Virus record (IMG/VR): IMGVR_UViG_3300044712_002668 | Location: 124,001-188,000 of that record | Length of the DNA: 64,000 nucleotides | Reading direction: 5' to 3' (one strand) | In this document: positions 1-10,337 of the stretch, piece after piece | Layout of the letters: every line of letters begins with the position of its first letter | How positions within the stretch are numbered: the first letter of the stretch is position 1 | Made by a program: the position numbers and the translations under genes | Notes under the pieces: generated by a model | What the model was told of the DNA's origin: nothing | Seen by the model: only the letters and a program-made list of their open reading frames with translations | Databases searched by the model: none

Positions 1-1
1 T

Positions 2-418
2 TGTTGTTTTATTATTAGCGATAATTACTAATTCATTTCTTTTTTCATTCCATGGTTTCCAGCCATTTATAATATTTTGTGCGGAGGGTGGTTGAAACCA
101 TGATGGGTGATTTATTGTAGTAACTTTATGTGATATAGCTGTATTTTCAAAAGCTTTTCCACACCATGCGAATATGTGTTTATGTTTATCCAAAAAATTA
201 AGATTATAATCACATGGGTTGATACACATTGGTTCTAGAACAAGGAAACAATCGTTTGGTTGTGGGTTTTGTCCGGAGTACCAATTTATAGCTAGATTAC
301 ACATGTCATCTCTGCGGTGAGATGACATCCATACTTTTCCTTTTTCATTTTCATATCTTGGAGTTGTTACTGGTCCATGATCCAGATAAATCATATTTAT
401 ATTTATTTTTTCGTTCAT
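2..418 (-). CDS. Partial CDS (runs off the window start), hypothetical, possibly glycosyltransferase-related
   Basis: Open frame on the minus strand from ATG at 418 (MNEKINKYDLSGSW...IIANNKTT); not in the ORF track; divergent from the glycan cluster. Confidence 0.5.
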   Translation of the reverse strand, partial: MNEKININMIYLDHGPVTTPRYENEKGKVWMSSHRRDDMCNLAINWYSGQNPQPNDCFLVLEPMCINPCDYNLNFLDKHKHIFAWCGKAFENTAISHKVTTINHPSWFQPPSAQNIINGWKPWNEKRNELVIIANNKTT

Positions 419-443
419 GTACTACCTTGATATATTTGTTGGT

Positions 444-1196
444 ATGCAAGAAAAATCATTTGTCATAGTTATAGCTAGTTACAAAAATGCTCCATGGTAT
501 CGTCAGAATATACAGTCTGTATTGAATCAACGATACTCTAATTATAGGGTAATATATACTGATGATTGTTCTCCTGATAATACTGGTGGATTGATTGAGC
601 AATTTTTACAACAAAACGATCCTGAAAAGCGTGTAACTTTAATAAAAAATCAGGAACGTAAGGGAGCTATTTACAATTTATATCATATGATTCATTCATG
701 TAATGACGATGATATTATTATTACTGTTGATGGTGATGATTGGTTGACCAATCCAGATGTTTTATCTACACTAAACCAGGTTTATTCTAACGAAGATGTG
801 TGGATGACATATGGTCAATATAGATCTTATCCAGATAATAGAATTGGGTGTTCAAGGCAAATTCCACCAGAAGTAGTAAACTCTTCAGGGTACCGTAAGT
901 ATCATTGGTGCTCTTCACATCTTAGAACTTTTTATGCTTGGCTTTTCAAAAAAATCAAGCAAGAAGATTTCTTTCATAATGGAACATGGATTCCGATGAC
1001 TTGGGATTTGGCTATGATGTTTCCTATGTTAGAGATGGCAGGCACTCGGCATAAGTTTGTTTCCGATGTTTTATATATTTACAATTGTGAAAACCCAATA
1101 AATGATTCTAAGGTAAATTTACAATTACAACAAGGATTGGAGATGTTTTTCAGGTTTCAAAAACCACAATATCCTCGATTGAATAATAGGGAATAA
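444..1196 (+). CDS. Glycosyltransferase family 2
   Basis: IASYKN, 'YTDDCSPD', 'VDGDDW' DxD motif. ATG 444 preferred over 417 because the latter overlaps the divergent gene. Confidence 0.85.
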   Translation: MQEKSFVIVIASYKNAPWYRQNIQSVLNQRYSNYRVIYTDDCSPDNTGGLIEQFLQQNDPEKRVTLIKNQERKGAIYNLYHMIHSCNDDDIIITVDGDDWLTNPDVLSTLNQVYSNEDVWMTYGQYRSYPDNRIGCSRQIPPEVVNSSGYRKYHWCSSHLRTFYAWLFKKIKQEDFFHNGTWIPMTWDLAMMFPMLEMAGTRHKFVSDVLYIYNCENPINDSKVNLQLQQGLEMFFRFQKPQYPRLNNRE

Positions 1197-1198
1197 AC

Positions 1199-1933
1199 AT
1201 GGCTTGTTTTAAAGAATTAGGTAAATATGGAAGGCTTGGTAATGCTTTATTTCAAATAGCAGCAACTATAGCTTATTCAAAAAGATATAATGAAAATTAT
1301 TGTTTTCCTAAATGGGAATATCAAGATTGTTTTAATTTTGATCAATCTAATTTTTTAAATCATACGCCAAGATATGATAATGTGTATAATGAAGATAAAT
1401 ATACCTATAGCAATATTCCATATAAACCAAACTGTAACTTACATGGATACTTTCAAAGTAAAAAATATTTTGAAGATCAAGAGGGTTATATAAAAAACAT
1501 CTTAACACCAAAAGAAAAAAAAGAATCTGGTTTATATGGTGATGTTTGTGGTATTCATATTCGTAGAGGAGATTATATACAATTTAAAGATTTTCATACA
1601 GTATTACAAGTGGATTATTATAGAAAAGCAATGAGTTGTATCCCGGTATCAAAGTTTTTGATTATTTCAGATGATCCGGAATGGTGCAAAATTGCTTTTG
1701 CATATGATGAGAGATGCACTGTAAAGAAACAAGGTTCTGTTATGGATGATTTTACAACACTATCAGCTTGTGGTCATAATATCATTGCAAACTCTTCTTT
1801 TTCATGGTGGGCGGCGTATTTGAATCCCAATCAAAACAAAACCGTGGTAGCTCCAAAAGAATGGTTTGGTCCAAAACTAAAAGATATTAATCCCATCTCT
1901 GATTTGATTCCTTCAGAATGGAGGTTGGTATGA
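1199..1933 (+). CDS. Alpha-1,2-fucosyltransferase-like (GT11)
   Basis: GRLGNxLFQ, GYFQS, HIRRGDY, SDD and NSSFSWW motifs of GT11. Confidence 0.9.
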   Translation: MACFKELGKYGRLGNALFQIAATIAYSKRYNENYCFPKWEYQDCFNFDQSNFLNHTPRYDNVYNEDKYTYSNIPYKPNCNLHGYFQSKKYFEDQEGYIKNILTPKEKKESGLYGDVCGIHIRRGDYIQFKDFHTVLQVDYYRKAMSCIPVSKFLIISDDPEWCKIAFAYDERCTVKKQGSVMDDFTTLSACGHNIIANSSFSWWAAYLNPNQNKTVVAPKEWFGPKLKDINPISDLIPSEWRLV

Positions 1934-2910
1934 CAAGAGTTATATATGCTCCGATTAATTTTGGTGATGTAGTACAAGACGGTGTTTACGATGCCTTTAG
2001 ACAAGCCGGTTGTGACTTGAATGTGTTTGATTATGTTCATAAACACTTATCAACCGGTCAGAATGATCATAGGGTTAGAGAAGAATTCTTGGATAATATA
2101 AAAAGATTTCAGCCAGATGTTGCTTTTTTACAAATTCAACATATGGGGATTATAGATGGGGAGACTATTAGACGGGCCAAGGATCTTTGTCGTAAGTGTA
2201 TTATGGTGAATTGGACGGGGGATGTAAGAAATTATGTTCCTGTTACTTACAGGCAAGCAGCTCAATATTGTGATTATAATATGATATCTTCAACTGGTCA
2301 GATAAAAACATTTGAAGAAATTATCGGTAAGAAAATTAGTTATTTACAAATAGGTTATAATCCAAAACTTTACTATCCTAGAGCTGAACAACCAAAAGAA
2401 TTTAAGTATGACTGTACTTTTATTGGGCATTATAATCCACGTGAAAATTACCCAGGAACTACGGTTAGAGAAAAGGCGTGTGAAATAATGCACCGTGAAT
2501 TTAGAGAGAGGTTTGGTTTGTTTGGTAGTGCTTGGCCTCCTCAATTTTGTAGTAAGGGATCTGTAGATCAAAGATCTTTAATTAATATTTATCATGATAG
2601 TGTTTGTAATGTTAGTATTAGTCATTATAATGATTTGAATCATTATTTTTCAGATAGACTTCTGATGTGTATGGCGAGTGGTAGGCCAACGATTTCTTTA
2701 ACCTTCCCAGGATGGGAAAGTTATTTTACAAATAATACAGATCTTGTTATGGTATCTTCTGTTGAAGAAATTCCAAATAAAATAAGATGGTTGAAAAATA
2801 ATCCTGATATGGCTAATTTTATAGGCACACAAGGCGCTGTGAAAGTAAAACATGAACATACGTATTTTACCATGGTAAAAAAGCTTTTAAATATTATAGG
2901 AATAATATGA
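1930..2910 (+). CDS. Glycosyltransferase, CgeB/YkvP-like (GT-B)
   Basis: WTGDVR, 'YDCTFIG', 'SDRLLMCMASG', 'HTY' C-terminus; ATGA overlap with the upstream stop. Confidence 0.7.
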   Translation: MTRVIYAPINFGDVVQDGVYDAFRQAGCDLNVFDYVHKHLSTGQNDHRVREEFLDNIKRFQPDVAFLQIQHMGIIDGETIRRAKDLCRKCIMVNWTGDVRNYVPVTYRQAAQYCDYNMISSTGQIKTFEEIIGKKISYLQIGYNPKLYYPRAEQPKEFKYDCTFIGHYNPRENYPGTTVREKACEIMHREFRERFGLFGSAWPPQFCSKGSVDQRSLINIYHDSVCNVSISHYNDLNHYFSDRLLMCMASGRPTISLTFPGWESYFTNNTDLVMVSSVEEIPNKIRWLKNNPDMANFIGTQGAVKVKHEHTYFTMVKKLLNIIGII

Positions 2911-3569
2911 ATATATTTTTGAGAACTGCATGTTTAGGTCATTGGGTTAGAGATACTTTATTTGGAGATAAAACACCATATCATAATTATTTTAATCAAC
3001 AAAAGGTTAGAGCAGATCTTTTGATTGATATTTTAAATGGAAAAACACACAAACCTCCAATGAACTCCATTCTTGATAAGCATCTATCCAGGAAAGATAT
3101 GCGAGGAGTATATTCGCAAACAGAAAGTTTGTTGTGGATATCTTCTGGTGTAAAACCAGATTTATTTATTATAGATAGTTATTCTGAGTTGGTTGATAAA
3201 AGATTTATCAGTAATGAGGGTTGGTCTTTTTGTGGTTTATATGGTGACTTTGATACCTCATTTATTTCCAATATGCATGATGATGGTTTGCTTGAAGATG
3301 TATATACAGCGTATGATAATATGTTTTCTTTTATAACAACCAAATGGAATGTACCCATAATTTACATACACTTTCCAACAACTTTTGATGTAAGAGAAAA
3401 GTATATAAAGCAAGGTCTAAAAATAGATCAGGCCATGAACGAGATATGTAAAAAATATAACATCCAAAATATCAAGGCTGATCCAGATCAAATTGAACAG
3501 AAAGACTCTGATTATTATCACATGTCAGACAAGACAGTTAGAAATTTAGCTTCAAAGATAAGATTATGA
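2907..3569 (+). CDS. Hypothetical protein, paralog of 10338..11003
   Basis: Shared blocks ACLGxW, NQQKVRxDL, DSxSELVD, GWSFC, IHFPTxFDxREKYIKQG. Confidence 0.75.
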   Translation: MNIFLRTACLGHWVRDTLFGDKTPYHNYFNQQKVRADLLIDILNGKTHKPPMNSILDKHLSRKDMRGVYSQTESLLWISSGVKPDLFIIDSYSELVDKRFISNEGWSFCGLYGDFDTSFISNMHDDGLLEDVYTAYDNMFSFITTKWNVPIIYIHFPTTFDVREKYIKQGLKIDQAMNEICKKYNIQNIKADPDQIEQKDSDYYHMSDKTVRNLASKIRL

Positions 3570-4327
3570 ATATTACTTTTGGAATAATAACATATTGTGA
3601 AAATGGGGCGAATAATTTTCTTATTGATGCTATCAAATCAATAAGAGATTTAAATATACCTGCATATGAAATAATTATTGTTGGTACTGCAGCTCATTTA
3701 AACCGACATGATATTATCGGTGAAGATGTTATTGTTTTAGATTTTAATGAAAGAATCCGTGACAAATGGATTACTAAAAAAAAGAACATGATTACTGATA
3801 AGGCAAAATATGATAATATAGTTTATCAACATGATTATTTTGCTTATAATACTGGTTGGTATGAGTCTTGGAGAGATTTTGGAGCGTTTCATGTTGGTAT
3901 GAATCGTTTGATAAATGAACCCACTGGATGTCTACAAAACAATGTAGATACAAGATATCGTGATTGGAGTATTTTTCCACATACCGGTGTAGTAGAAAAG
4001 GCTATAAATGTTTGTGGTTTTCAGGGACATGAGTGCCTCATACCATATGAGGAAACCGGCTTTAGTAAATTACAATACATATCTGGTGGGTGGTGGATAG
4101 CCAAAAAACATGTAATGGAAGAGTTTAGATTGAATGAGAGTTTGTGCTGGGGTCAGGGTGAAGATGTAGAGTGGTCATATAGAGTTCGTAACAAGTTTAA
4201 CTTCTCAATAAATAAAGAAGCCTCGGTAAGGTTATTAAAATATCATCATGTTTCATTTTCTCCCATGCGTCAAGAAGTGTATGTTAAAATGAAAGACTTT
4301 CTTAAACAAAACAATTTATATGGATAA
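3566..4327 (+). CDS. Glycosyltransferase, GT-A fold
   Basis: ITFGII, YEIIIVG, KKN, 'QHDY', 'WGQGEDVEWS'. Confidence 0.7.
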   Translation: MNITFGIITYCENGANNFLIDAIKSIRDLNIPAYEIIIVGTAAHLNRHDIIGEDVIVLDFNERIRDKWITKKKNMITDKAKYDNIVYQHDYFAYNTGWYESWRDFGAFHVGMNRLINEPTGCLQNNVDTRYRDWSIFPHTGVVEKAINVCGFQGHECLIPYEETGFSKLQYISGGWWIAKKHVMEEFRLNESLCWGQGEDVEWSYRVRNKFNFSINKEASVRLLKYHHVSFSPMRQEVYVKMKDFLKQNNLYG

Positions 4328-4329
4328 TT

Positions 4330-4932
4330 ATGACTCATGAAGAACTGGTAGAAGAGTTTAGGGAATATAATAAAAAACATGATGTAATGTTTAATTTTGA
4401 TTTAGATAGTACAAGTAATGTTTTAGATTTAGGCGGATATTTAGGAGAGTGGTCATCTGAAATAATTAAAAGATATAATTCCAATGTTTGTATTATTGAA
4501 CCTATACCTGAATTTTATCAGAGCATAAAGAATAAATTCATAAATAATAAAAAGATTATTATACTAAATAACGTCTTATCATATAAAGAGGAAATGGTTG
4601 ATATTTATTACAATAAAGATGGTTCTAGTGTTTATTGTAATTCAGATGTGAAAACATCAGTCCAATCTGTTAAATTAAGCAATGTTATTAATAATATACA
4701 ATGGGATTTTATAGATCTTGTAAAGATGAATATAGAAAACTCAGAATATGATGTTTTTGTTGATTTGATAGAATTATCTTTGTTGAAAAAATTTAAAAAT
4801 ATAATTGTACAATTTCATCGTGACATTCCTGATTATGAAAAAAAATATTATGACATTGTAAATGAGTTGGCTAAAACACATATACAGACATTTAAGTATG
4901 ACTTTATTTGGGAAGGTTGGAGACTTAAATGA
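4330..4932 (+). CDS. FkbM-family methyltransferase
   Basis: VLDLGGYLGEW, IEP, 'IDLVKMNIENSEY', 'VQFH'. Confidence 0.8.
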   Translation: MTHEELVEEFREYNKKHDVMFNFDLDSTSNVLDLGGYLGEWSSEIIKRYNSNVCIIEPIPEFYQSIKNKFINNKKIIILNNVLSYKEEMVDIYYNKDGSSVYCNSDVKTSVQSVKLSNVINNIQWDFIDLVKMNIENSEYDVFVDLIELSLLKKFKNIIVQFHRDIPDYEKKYYDIVNELAKTHIQTFKYDFIWEGWRLK

Positions 4933-5549
4933 TCCGTGCTATTCTTTTTGATTTAGATGGTGTTTTAGTTGACGCTTGCGAATGGCACTATGTTGCTTTG
5001 AATAGGGCTTTAGAGGAAGTGTCAAGAACCTCTATTTCAAGAGACGAGCATATAAAAGTATTTAACGGTTTACCAACAAAAAAGAAACTAGAGCTTCTAT
5101 CCAATCAAGGAAGGGTTGATCCAAATCATCATAGTATGATTTGGAATAGAAAGCAAGAATTAACAAAAGACACGATAATGCAATTAGCCAAACCTGATCC
5201 TGTAAAAAAGGAATTACATGGATACCTTATAAGATCTGGTTTACAATCTATTTGTATTACTAATAGTATTTATGAAACGGCCAGATTGATGCTAGAGTGT
5301 ACTGATCAGTATAGATTTCTCACGGGAATTATATCTAATGATAGAGTGCGTTATCCAAAACCACATCCAGAGTGCTATATTTCTGGAATGGTTACATTAA
5401 TGAGTTATCCGTTTGAGACTATTATTGTTGAGGATTCTGAGGTTGGTCTTTTGGGAGCAAGGCATACCGGAGCTAATGTTTGGGCTGTACCAGGATACCA
5501 TGAAGTTACGAAAGAAAATTTTATTAAAATATTTAAAGATTATATATGA
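4929..5549 (+). CDS. HAD-family phosphatase
   Basis: FDLDGVLVD, KPHPE, VEDSEVG. Confidence 0.85.
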   Translation: MIRAILFDLDGVLVDACEWHYVALNRALEEVSRTSISRDEHIKVFNGLPTKKKLELLSNQGRVDPNHHSMIWNRKQELTKDTIMQLAKPDPVKKELHGYLIRSGLQSICITNSIYETARLMLECTDQYRFLTGIISNDRVRYPKPHPECYISGMVTLMSYPFETIIVEDSEVGLLGARHTGANVWAVPGYHEVTKENFIKIFKDYI

Positions 5550-6382
5550 AAAAAGTTTGTTTATCAATACCGATACATATGTCGTTAGATGTGGTTAGAG
5601 AACATATTAAAAATATTTTTATGTTTGTACCTGATAGCATAGTTGTTCTTCATGTAACAGCAGATCAGTCAAATGATTTTTATATGGGTGCTAAAGCTTT
5701 AGAATTGGAATTTTGTGAACGTGTTTTTGTAAATGATAAAAGGTATTCTACTTTTGATCCTGTTCATAATGTAGTTGGTTTAGCTACGGTTCATGTGTCG
5801 AATTATGAATATGTAAAAAAACTAATTAATTTTGATGTATTTTCAATACACGCTAGTAATGAGATGTTTATCAGAAAGGGTGTAGATAATGTTTATAATA
5901 ATCATTCAATTGGGATGACAAGTTATGAGCCTGTAGATTCATATTATGATGGAAAAATAATTTTCAATGACAGGTTTACGGCAGGTGAAAACAGAGATTT
6001 TCTGGCTAATGCTATAAACAAAATAATTCCAATTAAAAAAGTGTATTGGGGAGGTGTAGCTGAGGGTTATTTTTTTGATAAAAATATAATGGATGAAATT
6101 TCAAGAGTTGTATTAGCTTTGAATCATCGTGTTAGTTGCGAACCAATGGTGTTTTCAACTATTGCTTTGAATTTATTTCCAGAAGTAATACCTAGAGGGG
6201 CTGGAAGAGTTACGTTTACAACCAGTTCTCAAATTGTAAATGATACTGAGATTAATAATACTCTATATGGTATAAATGGTTTTGAAAGTTTTTTCGCATT
6301 AAAACAAGTACCAAGAGATATAAATCACCCTGTAAGAATAAAAATAAACAATATAATTAGAGATAAATATGGATCGTCCTAA
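5546..6382 (+). CDS. Hypothetical protein in glycan cluster
   Basis: Translationally coupled 278-aa ORF; 'HASNEMF' motif; no confident family. Confidence 0.6.
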   Translation: MKKVCLSIPIHMSLDVVREHIKNIFMFVPDSIVVLHVTADQSNDFYMGAKALELEFCERVFVNDKRYSTFDPVHNVVGLATVHVSNYEYVKKLINFDVFSIHASNEMFIRKGVDNVYNNHSIGMTSYEPVDSYYDGKIIFNDRFTAGENRDFLANAINKIIPIKKVYWGGVAEGYFFDKNIMDEISRVVLALNHRVSCEPMVFSTIALNLFPEVIPRGAGRVTFTTSSQIVNDTEINNTLYGINGFESFFALKQVPRDINHPVRIKINNIIRDKYGSS

Positions 6383-6728
6383 AACTATTATTTGCGATAT
6401 AGATGGAACATTATTCAAACATAATGGTGATATTTGTTCCCAACATCTTGGAACTCCCGTATTATTACCAGGGGTAAAAGAATCTTTACAAAATTGGGAT
6501 CGTAAGGGGTATCATATAATTTTAGTTACAGGGAGAAGGGAGGGTGTACGTACAGACACTGAACGTCAACTTTCAGAGGCTGGTGTGTTTTATGACACAT
6601 TGGTAATGGGTGTTGGTGGTGGAGTGAGGGTTTTAGTTAATGATAAAAAACCTGATGGAAATGAAGATACCGCTGTATGTGTGAATTTGATTAGAAACAT
6701 TGGTATTAAAGAATTGGAGAATTTATGA
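6369..6728 (+). CDS. Small HAD-like phosphatase
   Basis: CDIDGT, VTGR, NDKKP. Confidence 0.75.
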   Translation: MDRPKTIICDIDGTLFKHNGDICSQHLGTPVLLPGVKESLQNWDRKGYHIILVTGRREGVRTDTERQLSEAGVFYDTLVMGVGGGVRVLVNDKKPDGNEDTAVCVNLIRNIGIKELENL

Positions 6729-7060
6729 TTATTCAAAAGCCATGGGGTCATGAAGAAATTATAGAACATAATAATAATTATGTTGTAAAAAGGTTGTTTA
6801 TGAAAGCCGGTCATAAATGTTCCTTGCAATATCACAATGAAAAACATGAAACGTTTGTTGTTTTATCTGGTAAGTTGAAGTTTTATGTTGGTGTTGATAT
6901 TGATTCTATTGAAGAAAAAATACTGATTCCTGGAGACTATTATGTAGTACCTCCAAAACTAATACATAGAATGGAAGGTATTGAAGACTCTCTATATTTG
7001 GAAGCCTCCACTTCACAGTTGGATGATGTAGTTAGACTTAAAGACGAGTATAACAGATGA
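6725..7060 (+). CDS. Cupin domain protein (mannose-6-phosphate isomerase type II C-terminal-like)
   Basis: KPWG, SLQYHxxKxE, IHRM, EASTxxLDDVVRL. Confidence 0.8.
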   Translation: MIIQKPWGHEEIIEHNNNYVVKRLFMKAGHKCSLQYHNEKHETFVVLSGKLKFYVGVDIDSIEEKILIPGDYYVVPPKLIHRMEGIEDSLYLEASTSQLDDVVRLKDEYNR

Positions 7061-8607
7061 AGGTATTAATTACTACAAGTGGTGTTGGTAGTAGGCTTGG
7101 TGAGCTTACACAGTTCACCAATAAATCTTTGATACGTATTGGTAAGAAGCCAGCGATATCTTATATTATAGAGAATTACCCATCTGATTCTGATTTCGTT
7201 ATAACACTTGGTTATTATGGTAATCAAGTTAAGGAGTTTTTAACTTTAGCATATCCAGACTATAAGTTTATTTTTGTGGATGTCAATCCTTATGAGGGTA
7301 TTGGAAGTAGTCTTGGATATTCGATGTTATGTGCGAAAGAGCATTTACAAGAACCATTCATATTTCATGCTTGTGATACTATAATAAATGAAAAAATATT
7401 AGAGATTGATAGTAATTGGTTGGGAGGCGGGAATACAGGTTCATCTGCTCAATATCGTACCTTTTCTGTTATGGGAAGCAAAGTAAATACCATACATGAA
7501 AAAGGTGAAAAGAATTATGATTTCGAATACTTGGGAATATGCTCAATTCATGATTGGGAGTTTTTTTGGAAATCTTTAGAAGATGTTTATAACCAAAATC
7601 CAAATAACAACGGGTTAAGTGATTGCGATGCTTTAAGGGAGTGTATAGCTAATCAAACGTTTGGTTACAAAAAATTTGATTGGTTGGATATTGGAAATCT
7701 GGATTCTCTCAATAATGCTCGTAAAAAAATTGCAGATTATTTTGATCTGTTAGATAAGGTTGACGAATCTATATTTTTGTTTGACAAGTTTGTAATAAAG
7801 TTTTTTTTCAATGAGGAAGTCTGTAGTAACCGTGTAAAGAGAGCTGATATTTTGGGTAGGAGCGTGCCCAAGATGCTTGGGAGTTCCAAACACTTTTACA
7901 AGTATGAATATGCTGATGGTTACCTTTTTGCTGACGTTGCTAATACTAAAAACTTTAATACATTGTTAGATTGGTCCAAAAACAATCTATGGATTGTGAA
8001 GGGTTCAAAGTCAAAATCTTTCTATGAGGTTTGTAGGAAGTTTTATTTTGATAAAACCATTTCTCGTTTAGAGAAATTTCATATTGATAATAATCTAAAA
8101 GATCAAGAACATATTATAAATGGTTTACGTGTTCCAACATTAAAAGAGTTATTAGGCAGTATAGATGAAGAATGGTTGTGTAATGTAGAGCCTCGTGGCT
8201 TTCATGGCGATTTCATTTTAGATAATATGTTAATTGATTTTGATAATATTACACTTCTGGATTGGAGACAGGATTTTGGTGGCGATATTGAGCAAGGAGA
8301 TATGTACTATGACCTTGGTAAGCTAAATCATAATCTTATTGTAAATCATTCTATAGTACATAACAGTGGTTACAAAGTCGAATTTAAAATCAATAACATC
8401 ATTGTAGATATTTTGAGAAAAAATTCTTTAGTTGAATGTCAGGATGTTTTGTACGATTTCTGTACAAAAAATGGATATGATATTAAAAAAGTACAAACTC
8501 TTTCATCTATAATTTGGTTGAATATGGCACCGTTACACGATAAAAAATTTGGTATATTTTTATATTTATTCGGAAAATATAATTTATTCAAAGCTATCAG
8601 TTGTTGA
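7057..8607 (+). CDS. Nucleotidyltransferase fused to an aminoglycoside/choline-kinase-like domain
   Basis: N-terminal GVGSRL...NKSL, WLDIG; C-terminal HGDFILDN, LLDWR, YYDLGKL. Confidence 0.75.
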   Translation: MKVLITTSGVGSRLGELTQFTNKSLIRIGKKPAISYIIENYPSDSDFVITLGYYGNQVKEFLTLAYPDYKFIFVDVNPYEGIGSSLGYSMLCAKEHLQEPFIFHACDTIINEKILEIDSNWLGGGNTGSSAQYRTFSVMGSKVNTIHEKGEKNYDFEYLGICSIHDWEFFWKSLEDVYNQNPNNNGLSDCDALRECIANQTFGYKKFDWLDIGNLDSLNNARKKIADYFDLLDKVDESIFLFDKFVIKFFFNEEVCSNRVKRADILGRSVPKMLGSSKHFYKYEYADGYLFADVANTKNFNTLLDWSKNNLWIVKGSKSKSFYEVCRKFYFDKTISRLEKFHIDNNLKDQEHIINGLRVPTLKELLGSIDEEWLCNVEPRGFHGDFILDNMLIDFDNITLLDWRQDFGGDIEQGDMYYDLGKLNHNLIVNHSIVHNSGYKVEFKINNIIVDILRKNSLVECQDVLYDFCTKNGYDIKKVQTLSSIIWLNMAPLHDKKFGIFLYLFGKYNLFKAISC

Positions 8608-8628
8608 TAATTTTTTTGCATACTAAGT

Positions 8629-9618
8629 ATGCCAATTCCAAAGCTTTGTATAGGTCCTATGTCTAAAGAAATTGTAGATTGTATAATAGATTTTACGCAA
8701 TCTACAGGGAATATTATTTGGTTTATACCATCCAGAAGGCAGATAGAATATAATGGTGGGTATGTAAATAATTGGACCACAGAAAAGTTCTTTAAATATG
8801 TTCGTTACAAATCAAGTGTTAACATATTGATTCGAGATCATGGGGGTCCTGGACAGGGATTGTCAATGGATGATGGTGTAAAATCTATATTATGTGATGC
8901 ACATTTTATGGATGGTATTCATATTGATCCTTGGAAGCAATATAAAAACTTGGATGAGGCCGCAAGTATTACAGCTGATTTAATGACACTTTGTTATGAT
9001 GTCAATGATAAGTTATTTTTTGAAATAGGAACTGAACAAGCTATTAGATCTTTGTCTGTAGATGAAATGGAATCCTTTATCTTAAAGGTAAAAGATAAAG
9101 TTAAACCCGTATTATTTGATAGAATTTTATATTTTGTAATTCAATCTGGAACAGGTTTAAAAGAAAATCATAATGTTGGTACTTATGATAAACAAAAGCT
9201 TTCAGATATGATAGCTTTATGTAGAAAGTTTGGCTTTAAATCTAAAGAGCATAATGGTGATTATATCTCAAACAAAGATATCAAAGATAGATTTGATGGT
9301 GGGTTGGATACTCTAAACATTGCCCCAGAGTTTGGTTATATTCAGACAAGGTTTGTACTGAATGAGATTAGTTCAAATGACGAGCTGTACAACAAAATGT
9401 TCAAGATATGTTTTGATTCTAATAAGTGGCGTAAATGGGTTGATGATGATTTCAAACCTTACGATAGAAAAGATGAACTTATCCTAATATGTGGACATTA
9501 TGTTTTTTCACATCCTGAAATTAAAAGTATAACAGATAATATAGTTTGTTTTGAAGAAAGAGTCAAGTTGGTTATAAAACAAAAATTGCAAGATTATTTT
9601 GAGGTGTTAAGTGCTTAA
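8629..9618 (+). CDS. GatZ/KbaZ-like TIM-barrel sugar epimerase/aldolase-family protein
   Basis: RDHGGP, HIDP, EIGTE, KEHNGDY, NIAPEFG. Confidence 0.6.
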   Translation: MPIPKLCIGPMSKEIVDCIIDFTQSTGNIIWFIPSRRQIEYNGGYVNNWTTEKFFKYVRYKSSVNILIRDHGGPGQGLSMDDGVKSILCDAHFMDGIHIDPWKQYKNLDEAASITADLMTLCYDVNDKLFFEIGTEQAIRSLSVDEMESFILKVKDKVKPVLFDRILYFVIQSGTGLKENHNVGTYDKQKLSDMIALCRKFGFKSKEHNGDYISNKDIKDRFDGGLDTLNIAPEFGYIQTRFVLNEISSNDELYNKMFKICFDSNKWRKWVDDDFKPYDRKDELILICGHYVFSHPEIKSITDNIVCFEERVKLVIKQKLQDYFEVLSA

Positions 9619-10336
9619 TATAGTAATACCAATGGCGGGGCGAGGTAGCCGCTTTGAAAAAGCCGGTTATACATTTCCAAAACCTTTAATAGATGTAAAT
9701 AACAAACCAATGATCCAGGTTGTTGTTGAAAATCTTAATCTAGAAGCTAGATACATCTTTTTAGTTCTAAAAGATCATTATGAAAAATATTCTTTAAAAT
9801 ATCTTTTACCTCTAATTTGTGGAAAAAATAAATGCGAAATAGTTATTGTGGACAGTGTAACTGAAGGGGCGGCTTGTACCGTTTTGTTAGCACAACATTT
9901 AATAAACAATGATGATGAGTTGTTATTAGCAAACTCAGATCAATGGGTAAATTGGGATGGTCAACATTTCTTGAAGATGATGAAGGATAGTAAAGCTGAT
10001 GGTGGTATACTTACTTTTATTTCAACTCACCCAAAATGGAGTTTTGTTAAAATTGATGAGGAGAATGGTTTCATAACAGAGGTGGCTGAAAAGAAACCAA
10101 TTAGTAATATAGCTACAATTGGGATATATTATTTCAAGACCGGAAATAGTTTTGTATCATGTGCTGAAGAAATGATTAGAAAAAATATTAGAACAAACAA
10201 TGAATTTTATGTTTGTCCAGTATATAATGAGCTAATTGAAAAAGGAGGAGTGGTGCGTAACTATCCCATCGCAGAAATGTGTGGTCTTGGTACTCCAGAA
10301 GATTTAGATAAATTCTTAAAAACACATAAGGAGTAA
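9611..10336 (+). CDS. Sugar-phosphate nucleotidyltransferase
   Basis: IPMAGRGSRF, PKPLI, TEGAACT, AEKKPIS, GLGTPEDL. Confidence 0.85.
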   Translation: MLNIVIPMAGRGSRFEKAGYTFPKPLIDVNNKPMIQVVVENLNLEARYIFLVLKDHYEKYSLKYLLPLICGKNKCEIVIVDSVTEGAACTVLLAQHLINNDDELLLANSDQWVNWDGQHFLKMMKDSKADGGILTFISTHPKWSFVKIDEENGFITEVAEKKPISNIATIGIYYFKTGNSFVSCAEEMIRKNIRTNNEFYVCPVYNELIEKGGVVRNYPIAEMCGLGTPEDLDKFLKTHKE

Positions 10337-10337
10337 T